Shown: positions 1-13,560 of the stretch, piece by piece
Layout: each line of letters opens with the position of its first letter
Position numbering within the stretch: position 1 is the first letter of the stretch
Source: Lama glama
Taxonomy: Eukaryota
NCBI GenBank assembly: GCA_028534125.1
Contig: CM052817.1
Coordinates: 15,812,001-15,876,000, forward strand
Reading direction: 5' to 3'
Length of the DNA stretch: 64,000 nt
Notes under the pieces: generated by a model
The model's input: the letters and a program-made list of their open reading frames with translations, nothing else
Told to the model about the DNA's origin: nothing
Database searches by the model: none
Translations under genes and position numbers: made by a program

Positions 1-2089
1 AAATTTAGTTTTCCATCACAATATTAAGTGGACTGTAGCAACTTGTGTAAGAACAATGGCAGAACTGGCTGAACTAGGACAAAAATATCATTTAAAAAAA
101 TAAAGTACCTTAGAGTCATAGCGAATACAAACAGGGGACATACAGAAAAAGAAAAGCCCATTGTGATGGGAGAGCCTATAGCAAAGCCATGGAAGAGGAT
201 GAGAAACCATGGGGGCACCCGCTCCCTGGAGCCCTGGTTGCCCCAGCCGACATCAATGGTTGTAGACAAACTTTCCAGTTCTGTTTGTTGAGATGATGTC
301 AGGCAGCTGTAATCTGTTCAGAGGTGAAAAATCTGGTGCTATCAGCTATGGGTGGCCCTGGAGTAAATCCTTTCACCTCTGGGCACAAAATGAAAACATA
401 CGGCTTTAGCAGTTGACAGCAGAATCGTTCTGTGCCATTACAGCACCAGTCGCTGTTCAATTTGTCCCTGGAAGCACATTCAGTGGTTCAATATTCCTGA
501 AACATTAACCCCGGTTCCCTCATTTTGCTTCTGTTCCTATTGATATCATGTCCACTGTGAATATTTCCAAAGGAACAGTCAAAATCGTACGGGGATCAGA
601 GGGATGGGGTGCAAGCTCTAATAATGCCACAGACTAGCCTATATCCTCAGAGAAGGCATTTGGGCCCAGTGACCTCAGTGATCTCAACTGTAAGTAGAGA
701 CAGCTGCTTCACCACCTGGAGGTAAGGATTAAATGAGATAGTGGCAAAAAGAGCACCAGGAAACACTGTGCAAGGATTTCACACTATTTCTCTAACGATG
801 TCCCTTTAAAAAAAATCATTTCAAAATGTTACCCTGTCAAGAAAAGAGCAAAACTTGAGAGAATCTCCTGAGAAACCCTATATAATGAGAACTTAATTTA
901 TCACTAAGCCATTTCACAATCTGCCCCTGATTAAATAGCCTTTCTATGTACGCGATAAATTGGGTTTAGTAACTGATAAAACCTTATAGGAATTGCCTTC
1001 AACTTGGAAGAGCTGAACTAAGACAAAAAATATCATTTAAAAAATCAAGTCCCATTGAGTCATTGGAAATATAAACAGCAGATATTCAGGAAAAGAAAAG
1101 GATATTGGGTTTGAAAATGATAAAAGGCAGAAATAATTGATTCATCTTATCTAAAAATAAGACTAGGTAAAAAATCGTCTTCAGTAAATACAGCAGGTAT
1201 TTTATTTTAATTTTTTAAAATATCTTTTAAAAAAGGAAAAAAGTTCTCAATACATAATTAAGTTTTTTTGAACTCCATGGCCATGTTTTATGTGGCTTTA
1301 TTCATTCATTTCTCCTTTTATTCATTTGTATTGAGAAAATAGTTTTGGGATGGCAAGTGTCTCAGGCACACAGCAGTGGTTCTAACAGACACAGACCTGT
1401 TCTGGTGGTGTTTCCAGCAACGCAGCTGCCCAGCAGTCATCGGTACAGAATCTAACATAATTATTTAAACAATAAACGAAGGGGGAAAAATGGACTAAAA
1501 AATGAACATATGGAGAAAAAGAAAATTGAAAATCAGAGAAAAGGGAATTAGAAGGAGAATGGGATAATCCATAACTTCAACATCACTTTTAGTTAGAAAT
1601 GAAACACTCCTCCCGTATGATACTCTTCGTCTGGGCTGTGGGCTTCAGAAAAATAATCAGTGAATTAAAGTCAGTCACTATGCATGACTCTTCAATTGCT
1701 CCTTATTCTTAAACGTTGTCAAGATTTCCTTTGGGAGCAACCGCTAAGATAAAACATTAGAGGAGAAACAAGATTTTTCTTTGGGTTTCTGTGACAGTGA
1801 TCAAGGTATTATTGCCATAAAGGCCAAATAAAATCAAAACACAATCTACCAGGGAACTGAAAAGTAAACTCTTGTTTTAGTAGAAACTGTCCATTTCTGT
1901 AAAGTACAGCATGACAGCAAGATATGGCTTTCTTTCTAGTAGATAACACAATGGCTGCATGCTTTTTAATGATTACGACTTTAATCTTGAAAAAAAAAAA
2001 CAAGGTTGCTCTAAAATCAAACTGGTTTTAAGATAAAGAGCAAGTAAAGAGAAATATCTAGGTTGACAAATAAAAGAGAATAGTCTTCT

Positions 2090-2270
2090 TTGAGCTCTGG
2101 CTCTGTTCTAGGCGTGTTGTGTTGTACCGGCTGTTTCCTTTTATCTGCATAACAATCCTTTGAAATCGCACGATTTCACCATTTTACAGATAAGGAGACT
2201 GAGGCTTGAGGAAGTTAAGAAACTTGCCTGATACACTGCAAACATGTGACCAAGTGGAAATTTGAACCCC
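2090..2270 (-). mobile_element. MIR SINE
   Basis: CCATTTTACAGATAAGGAGACTGAGGCTTGAGGAAGTTAAGAAACTTGCC is the reverse MIR core. Confidence 0.8.
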
Positions 2271-3292
2271 CGTTCCCTCTCCCTTCAATGTCCCTAACTT
2301 TTCCAGAGCATTTTTCCAGTGGCAGAATTCACAACTCTTCTACCTTCATAGGTAAGAATTTAAACTTAACTGTTAATTTTATTTTCAAGATCTATTTGGG
2401 GGAAAAAAACCACACAGCTCACTGAATATTCTTCTAGGAAAAAAAAAAGTCACATGTTTCTTTGCTTCTAATGAGTTGTTGCAGCTCAGAAGTTTCCATT
2501 ACATTCTGACAATTAAGTTGCCAATAAACTGAGGAACCACTAATTGACTTATCTATCTCACAAATTCAGGATCCAGCTAGCACCCTAGAACACAGTTTCC
2601 ATCACTGAACCAAAAATCACTCACATCTCACAATCCACTGAGCGAGTAGATTTGATTTGGGTAAATTGCGTATTGTTCCTGTACTTGACATGAAGTTCTA
2701 ATTGGGAACACACACCCTCACGTTGTCACATATCAGTGACAACACACTGCACCACTGCCGACTACATTATCAGAACTGATGATAAGATACTGTTATGCCA
2801 GGGTCAATGCCATGGCTGTGGACCCAATATGAAAAAAAATGTATGGTAATTGAAACCACAAAAATCTTAGGAAATGCAGTCAATTTCATACAGTATCAAA
2901 AGGTCACCCAATTCAATTTCTACTTGAGGCTGAGCACAATATTGAAAAAACACGTGAAAGCCAATGATCTTATCAGTTGTCCAGAATTTAACATTTACTG
3001 ACTATATAAGGTAATTTACTGATTAACGAATAAATGTATTACCTGCGTGGAGCCTTGTATTTGGCTCCCCAAGTTCTTGTAAAGAACTTAGCACTGTGAA
3101 CACATTACTAAATATGTCAACGTTACCATATTAACTGCTTTGTTCAGGCTTCAGTAAGAGTGAACATTTTTGGTTCCATGTTCCACTAGTAATATTAGAG
3201 GTTCTTGGAAATTTTGCTGTCTGCTCAAACTCGGGCTGTGGGATTTGCCTTACAGGGGTGATTTTAAAATGAGAACATTAGGTATACTAAAT

Positions 3293-3455
3293 CAGGTGCT
3301 TCCCACAATAACGTGCACACGCATCACTTGATGATGTGGGTAAGATGCAGACTCTGATTCAGGCAGTCCGGGGTTCAGCCTGAGATTCTGAATCTCTAAT
3401 CACTTCCTGGATGCTGCTGATGCTGCTGGTTTATGGACCACAGCTTGAGTAGCAA
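3293..3455. mobile_element. MER5A-like hAT-Charlie element
   Basis: ATGCAGACTCTGATTCAG..GCCTGAGATTCTGAATCTCTAA..GATGCTGCTGGTTTATGGACCACA..GAGTAGCAA. Confidence 0.75.
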
Positions 3456-4249
3456 AACCTAAGTTTCCTTCATCAACTTAGCAAACTGTTTTTAGTACTT
3501 GCCTCCATCATGCAGGGCAGAAAAGTTGTATTTATTAAAACTAAATCCCCCCTAGAAAGGCACGCCAGAACACCTTGAGTAAAGACAGATTTTTATGTCA
3601 CTTCACTCACTCTAGCTCAGGTTCCAAACTGGAGGTCTTCAGGCCAAAACTAGTCCAGACATAGGTTTTATTTGGATAACATAGTGTTTACCTACAAAGG
3701 GTGTTAAATGTTATTAGATTAGGTAACGATATTTCCTAAACTGGAGATTTCATCTGAAATTTTTGTTTTTCTGAAGGAATCAGAAGATTTGAGGAGCAAG
3801 ACCACTTAATACAAGGGATGTCCTCTCCAGTTCTCCACTCTCTCCTCTCCCGCTTCTAGCTCTGACATCGCATTTCCCTGGCCTTTCTGATTGTATTTCC
3901 CATCGGCGTTAAAGTCACTCTCTCCTCTGAGCTTCCTTTCTTTTTTTTTTTTTTCCATTTTCCCACATCCTCATTATGGCATCTCTGATATAAAATGCTT
4001 TCCCCATTTTTTTTTTCCTCATTGAAATCCTAAGTATGGCTTAAGATTCTGTTTGATTTTTCCTGTCCCATTGAATATTACTTAAGCACACCAGCATAAC
4101 TCTTTTAAAGTGTTTTAGCACACCCTACTACACTTCAAGTGTATCGTGGAAAGCCCAGTTTTTATCTTTTCATAAGCACATTTTTATCAACCTTTATCTA
4201 TGTAGTGAAATAGATGGATGGAAGATACATGACTCAGATAAGCATATGA

Positions 4250-4281
4250 GTGTGTGTGTGTGTGTGTGCGCGTGTGTGTGT
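4250..4281. repeat. (GT)n microsatellite, interrupted by GCGC
   Basis: Seen directly in the sequence. Confidence 0.95.
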
Positions 4282-5199
4282 ATTGGCACACTTTTAACTT
4301 TTAACTAGACTGGTACTGTCCTCAAGGAATTAACAGTGTGCTGTGGTGTTGGCAGATTAACAGGATGATCCACAGGAAGTAATCACAAGCAAAATTATTT
4401 GTTAATTTTATTCTGGATCTATGATAGATCTCCATGTACAGGTTTTCCTTTTGTATAAGGGATTCGTAAAGATTATTTTTTTCATCGAAGCATTTACAAC
4501 TTAGAGTATCGGTTTTCTATATTAAGAGAGGATTATCGTTACAGAAAGCAAAGACAAAGTCAAAACTTTTAACTACTTAAAATGTCATCGCTTGATTAAA
4601 GGTAAGTACAGAAAGAGGGGATCAGTCATCTTTGGTGGAAGACATGCCCTAAAACATCTCTTAGGACGGGGAACATGAGAGGTGTGTAAGAAAGATGAGT
4701 GGCACAGAAAATTCAGCATAAAAGCAATATTTACATTAGGGTGGTGATGCCTTACAGGCTCTATTACAATGGGCCAAAGAATTACTATTTATTAAACAGA
4801 TGAAAAGAAAGAGCTCCCAAGTTAGATCTACGATGTCACCTCAGAAAAAAATGAGATAACATTTTGAGGAGGAAAAGTAACGAGATGAATCTCAAATCTG
4901 GGAGTCAGCCATGTGTCCCCAGCTGAACCTGATGAACACGTAGCCGCCATGCATTTTCCATGGTGATCTGAGGAGGGGTTTCTGCAGAAAATTCTTGTGC
5001 TGTACCTGAAATAATCCCTGCTCCTTATTCAAACTCCCCAGGATATTAAGGTAAGACCTGACTTATATCCTTTATCCAGAAGGATATATCAAACTTGATA
5101 AAATTATGAAAACATTTGGAAAACTATTTGATGAATCAATCATTTTGGTATGATTCTATGTATGAGCCATCACATGCAGTAAAGCATGAGACAGCTGGA

Positions 5200-5470
5200 G
5201 AGGTCACACAATGGAGTGGCTAAGGACGCAGGAGCTGGTGTCAGACAGCGCGGGCATGGACCCTAGCTCTGACACGTCCCAGGGGCGGGGACCTGGGGCG
5301 AGCTGCTGAACTCCTCTGCGACTCGGTTCCCCATCTACGGTGGAGACGATTACAAAACAATCTGCCTCAAGGTTGTTGTAAAGCTGAAATGCATCAACAC
5401 ATGTAAAGTGCTTAGAATAATACCGCCTACCGCCAAGAGGCTTTCAGTAATTAAATGTTATCTTTGTTGT
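5200..5470 (+). mobile_element. MIR SINE
   Basis: AGTGGCTAAG..GACCTGGGGCGAG..CTCTGCGACTCGGTTCCCCATCT..GGTTGTTGTAAAG..TGTAAAGTGCTTAGAA. Confidence 0.75.
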
Positions 5471-7959
5471 CCTCAGTGAGTGAGTTTATAATCTAGTCAA
5501 GGAACTCGGATGGGAACAATGAAAATATAACTAACTCCGAAGGCCATGTATGCAGGACAAGTATCAGATAAGTCATTCGGATACTGAGAGGGGTTCGTTT
5601 TGAGAAGAGAGAATCAGTTTTAGTTTTACATAATGTTGTCAGGAATCCAGGCAAGGGATTGCTTATCAGAGTCATAGCATTTTTAGCATAGTTACATTCT
5701 TTTGGTCATGGAAAAGCCTCTGACAACTATTATAAAACAGACTCCTCCTAATGTCTGGGTGTATTAAGACAGCTAGGTTTTCCCTCTGACTGTGAATGAA
5801 GGCTTCACAGTCAAACTGATTACGAAACTATCCAAATTACCAGAAACACGAACACATTTCCAATGGCCTCACCACTTGTCTGGCCTGACAGACAGGACAG
5901 ACAGCCAAATAACTCCCCAGGCTTAGCAAAGAAGCATAGTTTGAGGAAAAAAAAAGAAAAAGGAAAAACTCTATGAATGAAGATACTTTTGTTCCACAAA
6001 GTTGACCTTTATTTTCATTTACTTTTTAAAAATCTATTTACCTTTTACTCATATGTAGAAATAGAGTTTTATTTTATTTACATATTTTGCCATTATAAAT
6101 CCAGTAAAGCCAGAGCATGTATACAAGTTAGAATGATCTAGCATTAACACGGAGACCCACAATGGGGGGGGAGGAGTATGCGTCCTTTGATATTAGTTAT
6201 GTAATAGAAGCCTATCAACTCCATATAAAAGGTTTCGCAATCAATAAAAAAAGTTAAAAAAATAAAAAAAATAAAAGACTTCACATATTGGCATTTTCCA
6301 TCAACAACAATAAAAAATAGCCATACACATTTTTGCTGTCATTTACACCCTTTAGTTCATTATCTGAAGTCAGTCATAAAGATGTGTTTTAATACCGATA
6401 ATATTCATTGTACTAAAATGTCTGGCTCAAAAGCAGGGCTCATCTTAGAAAATGTTTAAATGTGCGTATCTTCCAGGCAGGGGTGTGACATTTATTTTTG
6501 TATTCGGAGTGTCTGATACAGCAGATATTGAATCAATCCCAGATGGATGAATGAGTGAAAGTGAGAAAAAGGGAAAGGAAGAGAAAAAGAAGGGCCTGAT
6601 GTCAAAACAAAATAGGTTTGAATATTGCACTCGTCTCTGTAAGGGCTTCCCCCATGATGCCGGTCTTCAGTTCTCTTTGTCTTATTTGAACCTACTATTT
6701 AATACCCATCTTTGCCTCCAAATAGTGACCTGGAACGCAGTAGGCATTTAGAAAGCACTTGTCAAAAAACGAGAACGGATGAGTTAACTGTAAGCTCCTT
6801 TCGGACACGCAACTACCTACTCATGCTCGATGGTTCTCCAAAAACCTAGCATTTTACCTTTGCAGAATGTACTCCAGAAATAATTTCGGATTTTTTAGTG
6901 CCTTCCTCATTCAACCTATGCGTAATAAGATCTCACCGCATTTCAGACACTGAGTTAGATAATGGGGCTGTGTTAGTTAAAATCACAGCTCAGACTCTGG
7001 AATAGCTTCCCATCCAGTGGGAGAGGCAGAATAGATTAGCAGCAGACAGATTGAGAAATCCTGGGGGAAAGTGCAGCTGCTCTAAGGCACACAGCAGAGG
7101 TGCCTGGATGCCCTGGGTACCAGAGGGAGATGCTCTACGGAAGGTGACGTAGAAGGGAAAGTCTGGAGGATAATAAAAAATTGGGCAAGCAAAGAGATGG
7201 ACAGAGATATCTGTTACATCTAAACAAAACAGTACAACTTACACACAGAGAAACCCAAAGGGTCACCAAACCTGGCACCTAGTGTAACCACAATAAATAA
7301 CCACTGAGTAAGTTATGTTATGTTATGAGCCTCATTCAACATCTAACTGTGAACGAGTTCTCCCCCCCAAACCAAAATAAAGTGGTATCTGGAAATTTGT
7401 TAGGTAAGTATAATATAAGTGTGTTACATAGTTAGAATATAAAATAAAAAATATCTCTATCCGCCAACCCTCCCCAAATTGCTCAGACAACATATATTGG
7501 AGCTTTCTGCCCTTCCGGAATGTGCCACGAGAGCCCTAAAGAAAACAGCTGTTGCTGTTGGTTGAAAATGCCAAATATTGAACTTCTGCAACCGGTATTC
7601 TGAGAGAAGATTCTCTGTGTCGAAATTTGGGTAGCAGCAGAGGCCACTGCTTTTTGGTTTCCTCTCACCCTGGACTCATTAATCATCGCCAACATCATTG
7701 ACTAAACATGGTTCACTTTAACATACAAAATGCCTTTGCTTGTTGGCTCTCCTCAGCCACATCAGAGAGCAGCCCGGGCCGTGCTCAAAGCTGAGAAGTC
7801 ACACTGTGGTTGCCTGTCTTCCCTCCAAAGGTTACATTTCATAACTGAGATTAAACGTCTTGCCCGTTCTAGGGCTGCTTTGGGAAATTATACACTAATG
7901 ATGGCCACTCAAGCAAGGAACTTAGTCATTTCCCTTCGGCCTCTGTCTAGAGCCTCCCA

Positions 7960-8080
7960 ATTTGGTCATTTTTTTCAACAAATATTTCATAGGTGCCTAC
8001 CGTGTACTAGGAACGGTGCTAAGCGCAGGGTCAGCGGTGAATAAAAAAGCGATGGCCCCTCCCTCGTGGAATTTACCTGG
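7960..8080 (-). mobile_element. L2 LINE 3' end
   Basis: TTCAACAAATATTTCATAGGTGCCTACCGTGTACTAGGAACGGTGCTAAGCGC. Confidence 0.7.
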
Positions 8081-11000
8081 GATTAAAGATGCCCACTGGA
8101 TGCATACGAGGAAGTCAGTAAGCAGAAATCTCACTTTGCCCCTCATCTCCCAGCAGCTGGCACAGAGCCCAGGGGCAGGCTGTTGGACACTCCCCCCCGA
8201 AATTTGAATCTTGCCCAGAATTCTCTTGCAGTTTTGTTCCCAAGGACACTCTGGGCTTTACAGCGCTACCCAGGAGGTCTGGGGTATTGAGTGTTCCTAC
8301 AAGTGGCCACTGATTGACTACGAATTACGTACAAGCATGGAAATATGCACTTCCCTTACATTATTTCTACATGTGTTATTTGAATTTTTTTTTTTAATGA
8401 GAAGAGTAATGTTTCTTGGCAGAGACACACACACGATTCTCAGGGATAGCAAACATGTGTGAGTATGGAATGGAATATAACACATCCCTCCGTGTGCCCA
8501 GAGCCAGCACCACTGGGTTCACAGAAGATGCTCATCACCGATGTTCTTTATGTGTTTCTGGAATTGTTGGAACCACTATAAAAGGCAAAGAGCACAAACT
8601 GCCAAATGTCAATAAGATGTACAGACCACAAGATGGAGAGCTCACCTTTGGCAAATAATATCAGAGCAAGGTTTCATAAAATACACATACACATAGTGCG
8701 TGGGTGTACGTATATATGAATATAGATTTATATTTTGAAGGCACAAATAGTTAAAATATTGGTATTATTTTTAATTCATTGGATGGCAGAGGAGAGCCAT
8801 TGGGTCGGGGGATTCTTGCTGTTTTTTGGGAGCCTGTTCCTTTCCTTAACATCAAGCACTTCATGCTGACAAGATCCTCCAACCACCTTTGGGAGCCACA
8901 GCTTTCATGTGTTGTTTCTTGACTTCCCAGTACGTTTGTAGCAGCACCATGATTTCCTTTACCAAAATGATCCCTTCTCCATCAGCTACCCCTTGAGAGC
9001 CAGAAGGCAAAAGCCCCACTTTCTGCTCGCCACCCAGGGGCTGGCACAGAACCCAGGGGAAAACTATTAAAATTTGAATTGTGATCAGAATCCTCCTGTC
9101 GCTCTGTTCCAAGACTTGTAAGCTTAGTTCAACACCCTGTCATCAATTCCATCAGCCACTGACATCCGTAAGGTCTTCTGCTTGGCAGTTGATGCTTTTT
9201 GGTTTTTATTTTTTCTGTTGTTTACAACCAAAGAACTCAAATTATAAATCCCAACTTTACAGCTAAATTCTGAATGGTTTCCATGGAATAGATTGATTTC
9301 CTGGAAAAGTAGAGGTTCTATTCCTATTATATTTATTATCTTCACAGTTGCCTTTACGGGTGAGACAAATATTATCACCTCCAGCCATGTATAAACTTTT
9401 TATGTGTTAAAAATCACTTCTGGCATACCCTCTATGTTCTAGAAACTGTGCAAAGCACTTTTGTTGCATTATCCCATTTAATTCTAACCACAGCCCACTA
9501 GAACACGAGCTCCAGAAGGGCAGGACTTTTTATGCCCTCATTCACTACTGACTCCCTAGCACCTGGCAGATGCTTCACATGTAAGAAGTTATCAGTAATG
9601 TTTGCCATCCATACGAGGCAGGCGGGATTACAGAAAAGGAGAAACTGAGACATTATGCACACGTATCCATGGTCTCGCTGCAAGTAAGTGGTGTAACTGG
9701 GATTTCAACCCAGGCCTGTCTGACTCCAGCCCCCAAAGTCCCCGATCATTCTGCTACCCCAGCAGGGTCTTGGGATACAGAGAAGAAGGAGGTTGCTGAT
9801 ATCAAGGAACGTAGGTGACGCCTTCTCATTCCTGATTTCCTCTTGTGAAGAAGAGACAGGACCCTCATTTGTTTTTTGTAGGTTTTCCATAGTCCCTTTG
9901 TACATATGAAAAAATACCATTTTAGAGATAATATGTTAAAATCGAGAGAGAAGATTGAGAGTCAGATGTCACCATTACTATTGCTAGCTTGTGGACTGGC
10001 AGCCTCTTCATCCTGAAACTGAGTCCCACACGACACAACACTTGCCTTCTAGTCCTTTCAGGAAGGCAGGAAGAATTAGTGAAAGTTGGATGGATGGACT
10101 GACTCTGTGAATTGTAATATAAATATAAATTAAGGTATATAAATATGTAATTATAGAAGTATAAGTTATATAAATTTAAGGTACATATTTATATTTTTTA
10201 ACATAACATAAATATAAATTAAGATAACATAGAAATAAAAATTTATATAATATAAATTAATGTAGTTATAAATATAAACTAAGGTATTACTATAACTTTT
10301 AATACCAGCCCACTCCAGTACACTCTTCAGACAAATTATCCCCTCTATGGTCTTCCCCGGAAACAGTCATACTAGGAGGCTGCTCAAGCATCATTTCATA
10401 AACCACTCTTCCTCCGGTTGCCTCTGTTAATTAGGGAAGAGTGACAGTGCTTGAAATGCCGGTCCCAATGTCAGAGCAGGCAAGGCTCAGCTCAGAGGGG
10501 ATGCCAACACGATCAACAGAGCCACTGGTGAGCCAGTTTAGATGCGATCTTTGGCTTGAACAATTAGCTCTGGTCTGCCTGCATGTCAAAAGTGTAAGAG
10601 ACAGGTGACTTTAGGATTTTCTAAGCAAAGGAAAGAGAAAAGATGTGTTTGGAGAAACAGGAAGACATTCAGGAGACTACAAATAGGAACAGTAACAGCA
10701 ACTAAACCATTTAAAATAAAATACCAAGGGAGCAAAGAGTTTTACCGCATCCCGGCCAATGGAGAATATTCAAACGCCACAGAAAATTCCAGAAGAGTGG
10801 GGATCTGATGAAGGACGTTCATGTTAGATAATTAAGAATTCCCTGATGATATCAGAGGAAGCGCCATTAAATTCAAGAGGAAGGAATTAGATGCAATGAT
10901 ATTGGCTCCTCATAAGCCTTCCAGAAGGGATGAAAATACGAGTGTTAATACGAGAAGAAAAAAAAGAAGTCGTGGGGAGCAACAGAAAAATTCTAAAAAG

Positions 11001-13199
11001 TCAAAGAATTCTAAATGAAGAGTAACAAAGTTGCATGCAGGACAAAATGAGGGCCAGCATCCACACAGTGGTGCTGGGAGGGCACTGCGCACCACTGGCT
11101 GGCACTCTGCCTCGTACTGTTCACCGACCGACCACTCAGCCTTCCTGGGATGAGCAGGCTCCCAGGAGTAACAGTGGCGCCTGGGAGTAACACCAGTTGC
11201 GTTCTTGGGTATTTATCTCCATCCAATCAGCAGTATAACTGTTACCATAATACCCTGATCAATAATTTGCTACCCAAACCAGAACACCATGACCTTTAAA
11301 TACAACATATTTCAAATGAAGGGCAAGTCCACATGACAGTCCTTCCTCGGTGAGCTGCAGTCGGAGTGGCTGCGAGCACTCTCGTGTTTAGACAGCAATA
11401 AAACACTGTTTTGTAAACGTAACCAGAAATGCAAAATGGGCACCACTTTATCCTAAACATCAGTGCACAAAAACCTGTATTATTCGAAACAAAGAATGAA
11501 CCAGCTGAGAGGGAATCACTGGCCTAACCAAAGATTTTGATACTGTCTCTAGACCCAGCTTGGCGGCTACTCAAGAGATTCTGTTCCCCAGGTAATTCTC
11601 CCAGTCCCCTAAAAATATTCCCAAGATGGTTCAAAAGAGCACAAGCAAAATGTCATTAATTCGTTCATTAGACAGTCCCGAGTACCTCTTGTGTACAGAA
11701 TTTTGAACTAAGAGCTGAAGAACTTCTAAGAGAACACAGGAACCAAAAGAAAGAAAAATCATCATCTCTACTTAAAAATTCAGCTGAGGGAATAGCAGTC
11801 TTATGACATGTATTTACTGAGCTCCTATCATGTGTGAAAGCATTATATGTAAGAAAAAAGACGAATAAGGTACAGTTTTACTCCTTAACCCAGGAGCACA
11901 AAAAGCCAAACTTTTAGGGAAAAAACGCACAGCCACAAATGCAAAATGATTTGATGCCCACGAAGGGAAGGAGAATGATCACAGCTCAGTGCAATTGTAA
12001 GAAATAGTTTATTGGGGGGAACACGCCAGTTTTCAATTGCATTTTAAAAGAGTTATATTCCCCACTAAACTTGTCTTTCGGGAGACTTATAGGCATATTC
12101 TACCAAATCTAGTTTACGAAGACATGCCCAAGAGTTCAATAAAGGACTTTAAAGTCAAGTTTAGGATGCATTATCAATACTTGGTAATTGCCTTCCTCTC
12201 AGCCAAATGCCAACAAAAATATTGGCCCATCAGTCAACAAGTATCAGGAATATACGCAGTGGGGACAAGGACTATCACAGATAGTCCCTGGCCTCACAAT
12301 TTTAATATATGCTTTCGAGTACAGTCCTCTGCAAATGAAAACATCTTCGGATCCAAGGGCAGTAGGACAGAAACTCCAGTCTGCTGACCAGGCTGTAGCA
12401 GGATGGATTCCTGTTGATCTCTCCATAACTAACACGAAATCTACTCGAACAAGACCCGATCTGGGCTCTGGAAGCTGTTGAGGTAGAGGTGGAATTAATC
12501 AGGGAACACTTCCTGAAGTTGAGAGGTTCTTGCGATTTTAAAATTCAGGAGCATTGCAAACAAGAGGACAGAAATAATCCCAGGCATTTGGAAAATTTGA
12601 AAAAGGCTGGGAGTAGGAGGGGATGAGGAGCTTAGAGCCTAGCAGTAGAGGTATTAAGCAAGAGGCAGTAGAAGGGAGTGGTGAAAAATGCAAGTTTTGG
12701 AGTTAGGCAATCTTAGTTCTTTGGGCCACTTTTTGTAACTTGGTCCTCGGCAAGTTACTCATCTCAACCTCGCTTTCTGAAAAGTAAAATAAAGTAATAC
12801 TTCCAACCCATCAGGGAGATTAGGGGAATTAGACGAGCCCATTTATTTATACATAGTGACTTAAATATATAGAATTAAACTCTCTGTTTTCACATTAGAA
12901 CATGTTTAGCACCAATGTCTAGCACATAAAAATACCCATCATTACTATCACTATTGGCAAGAGAAAGCCTGGCAAATTATTGACCTCTAAGCAAAAGCGA
13001 AAAATCTTCAGTAAATCGAAGGGGAATCTTGATACCCCTCCCCCACCGTGTCTGCTGAACAAATCTCTCCTTGAAGACACCCATCCTCATGAAGACTTCC
13101 ACAACTGCTTCCAAGCTCAGCTATTAGGAGAGCTTTTTTGCAGACTTCCAAGAGCAGCCGCCCCACGTGCTTTGCCGTCTATACACATTACCTTCTAGA

Positions 13200-13560
13200 T
13201 CCTTCCTCTTGGCTCCCTTCCTGAACCACACCCTCCCCTAAGTCTCTCATTTTCCAAAGTTCCCCAAATCACCCAGGCTTGAAACCACAGCCATTTTTAC
13301 TCCTTTTTCTCTCACCACAGCATCGAACCTATCACCTGATGTGATAAAGATCTTCATCGATTCTTTCTTTACAAAGTCTCCCACATCCACCCTTTCCTTT
13401 CATTGTCACCATCATTTCCTAATTCAAGCCCTCTTACCTCAAGCCTGAAAAACCACAGCAGCCTCCTCCCCGGGGCCCTGCCTGCAAGCTCTGTGCAAGA
13501 TAACACTTCTTCCACGCTAACAAGCCCTGTCATTCATCTCCCCGCTGCTTGTCCTGACCC
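13200..13560 (+). mobile_element. L2 LINE fragment
   Basis: TCTCCCACATCCACCCTTTCCTTTC..TAATTCAAGCCCTC..CACAGCAGCCTCCT pyrimidine-rich L2 body. Confidence 0.6.

Noticed and set aside
3617..3780. Possible MER102/MER58-like DNA transposon relic
   Set aside because: Similarity too degraded to assign by eye.
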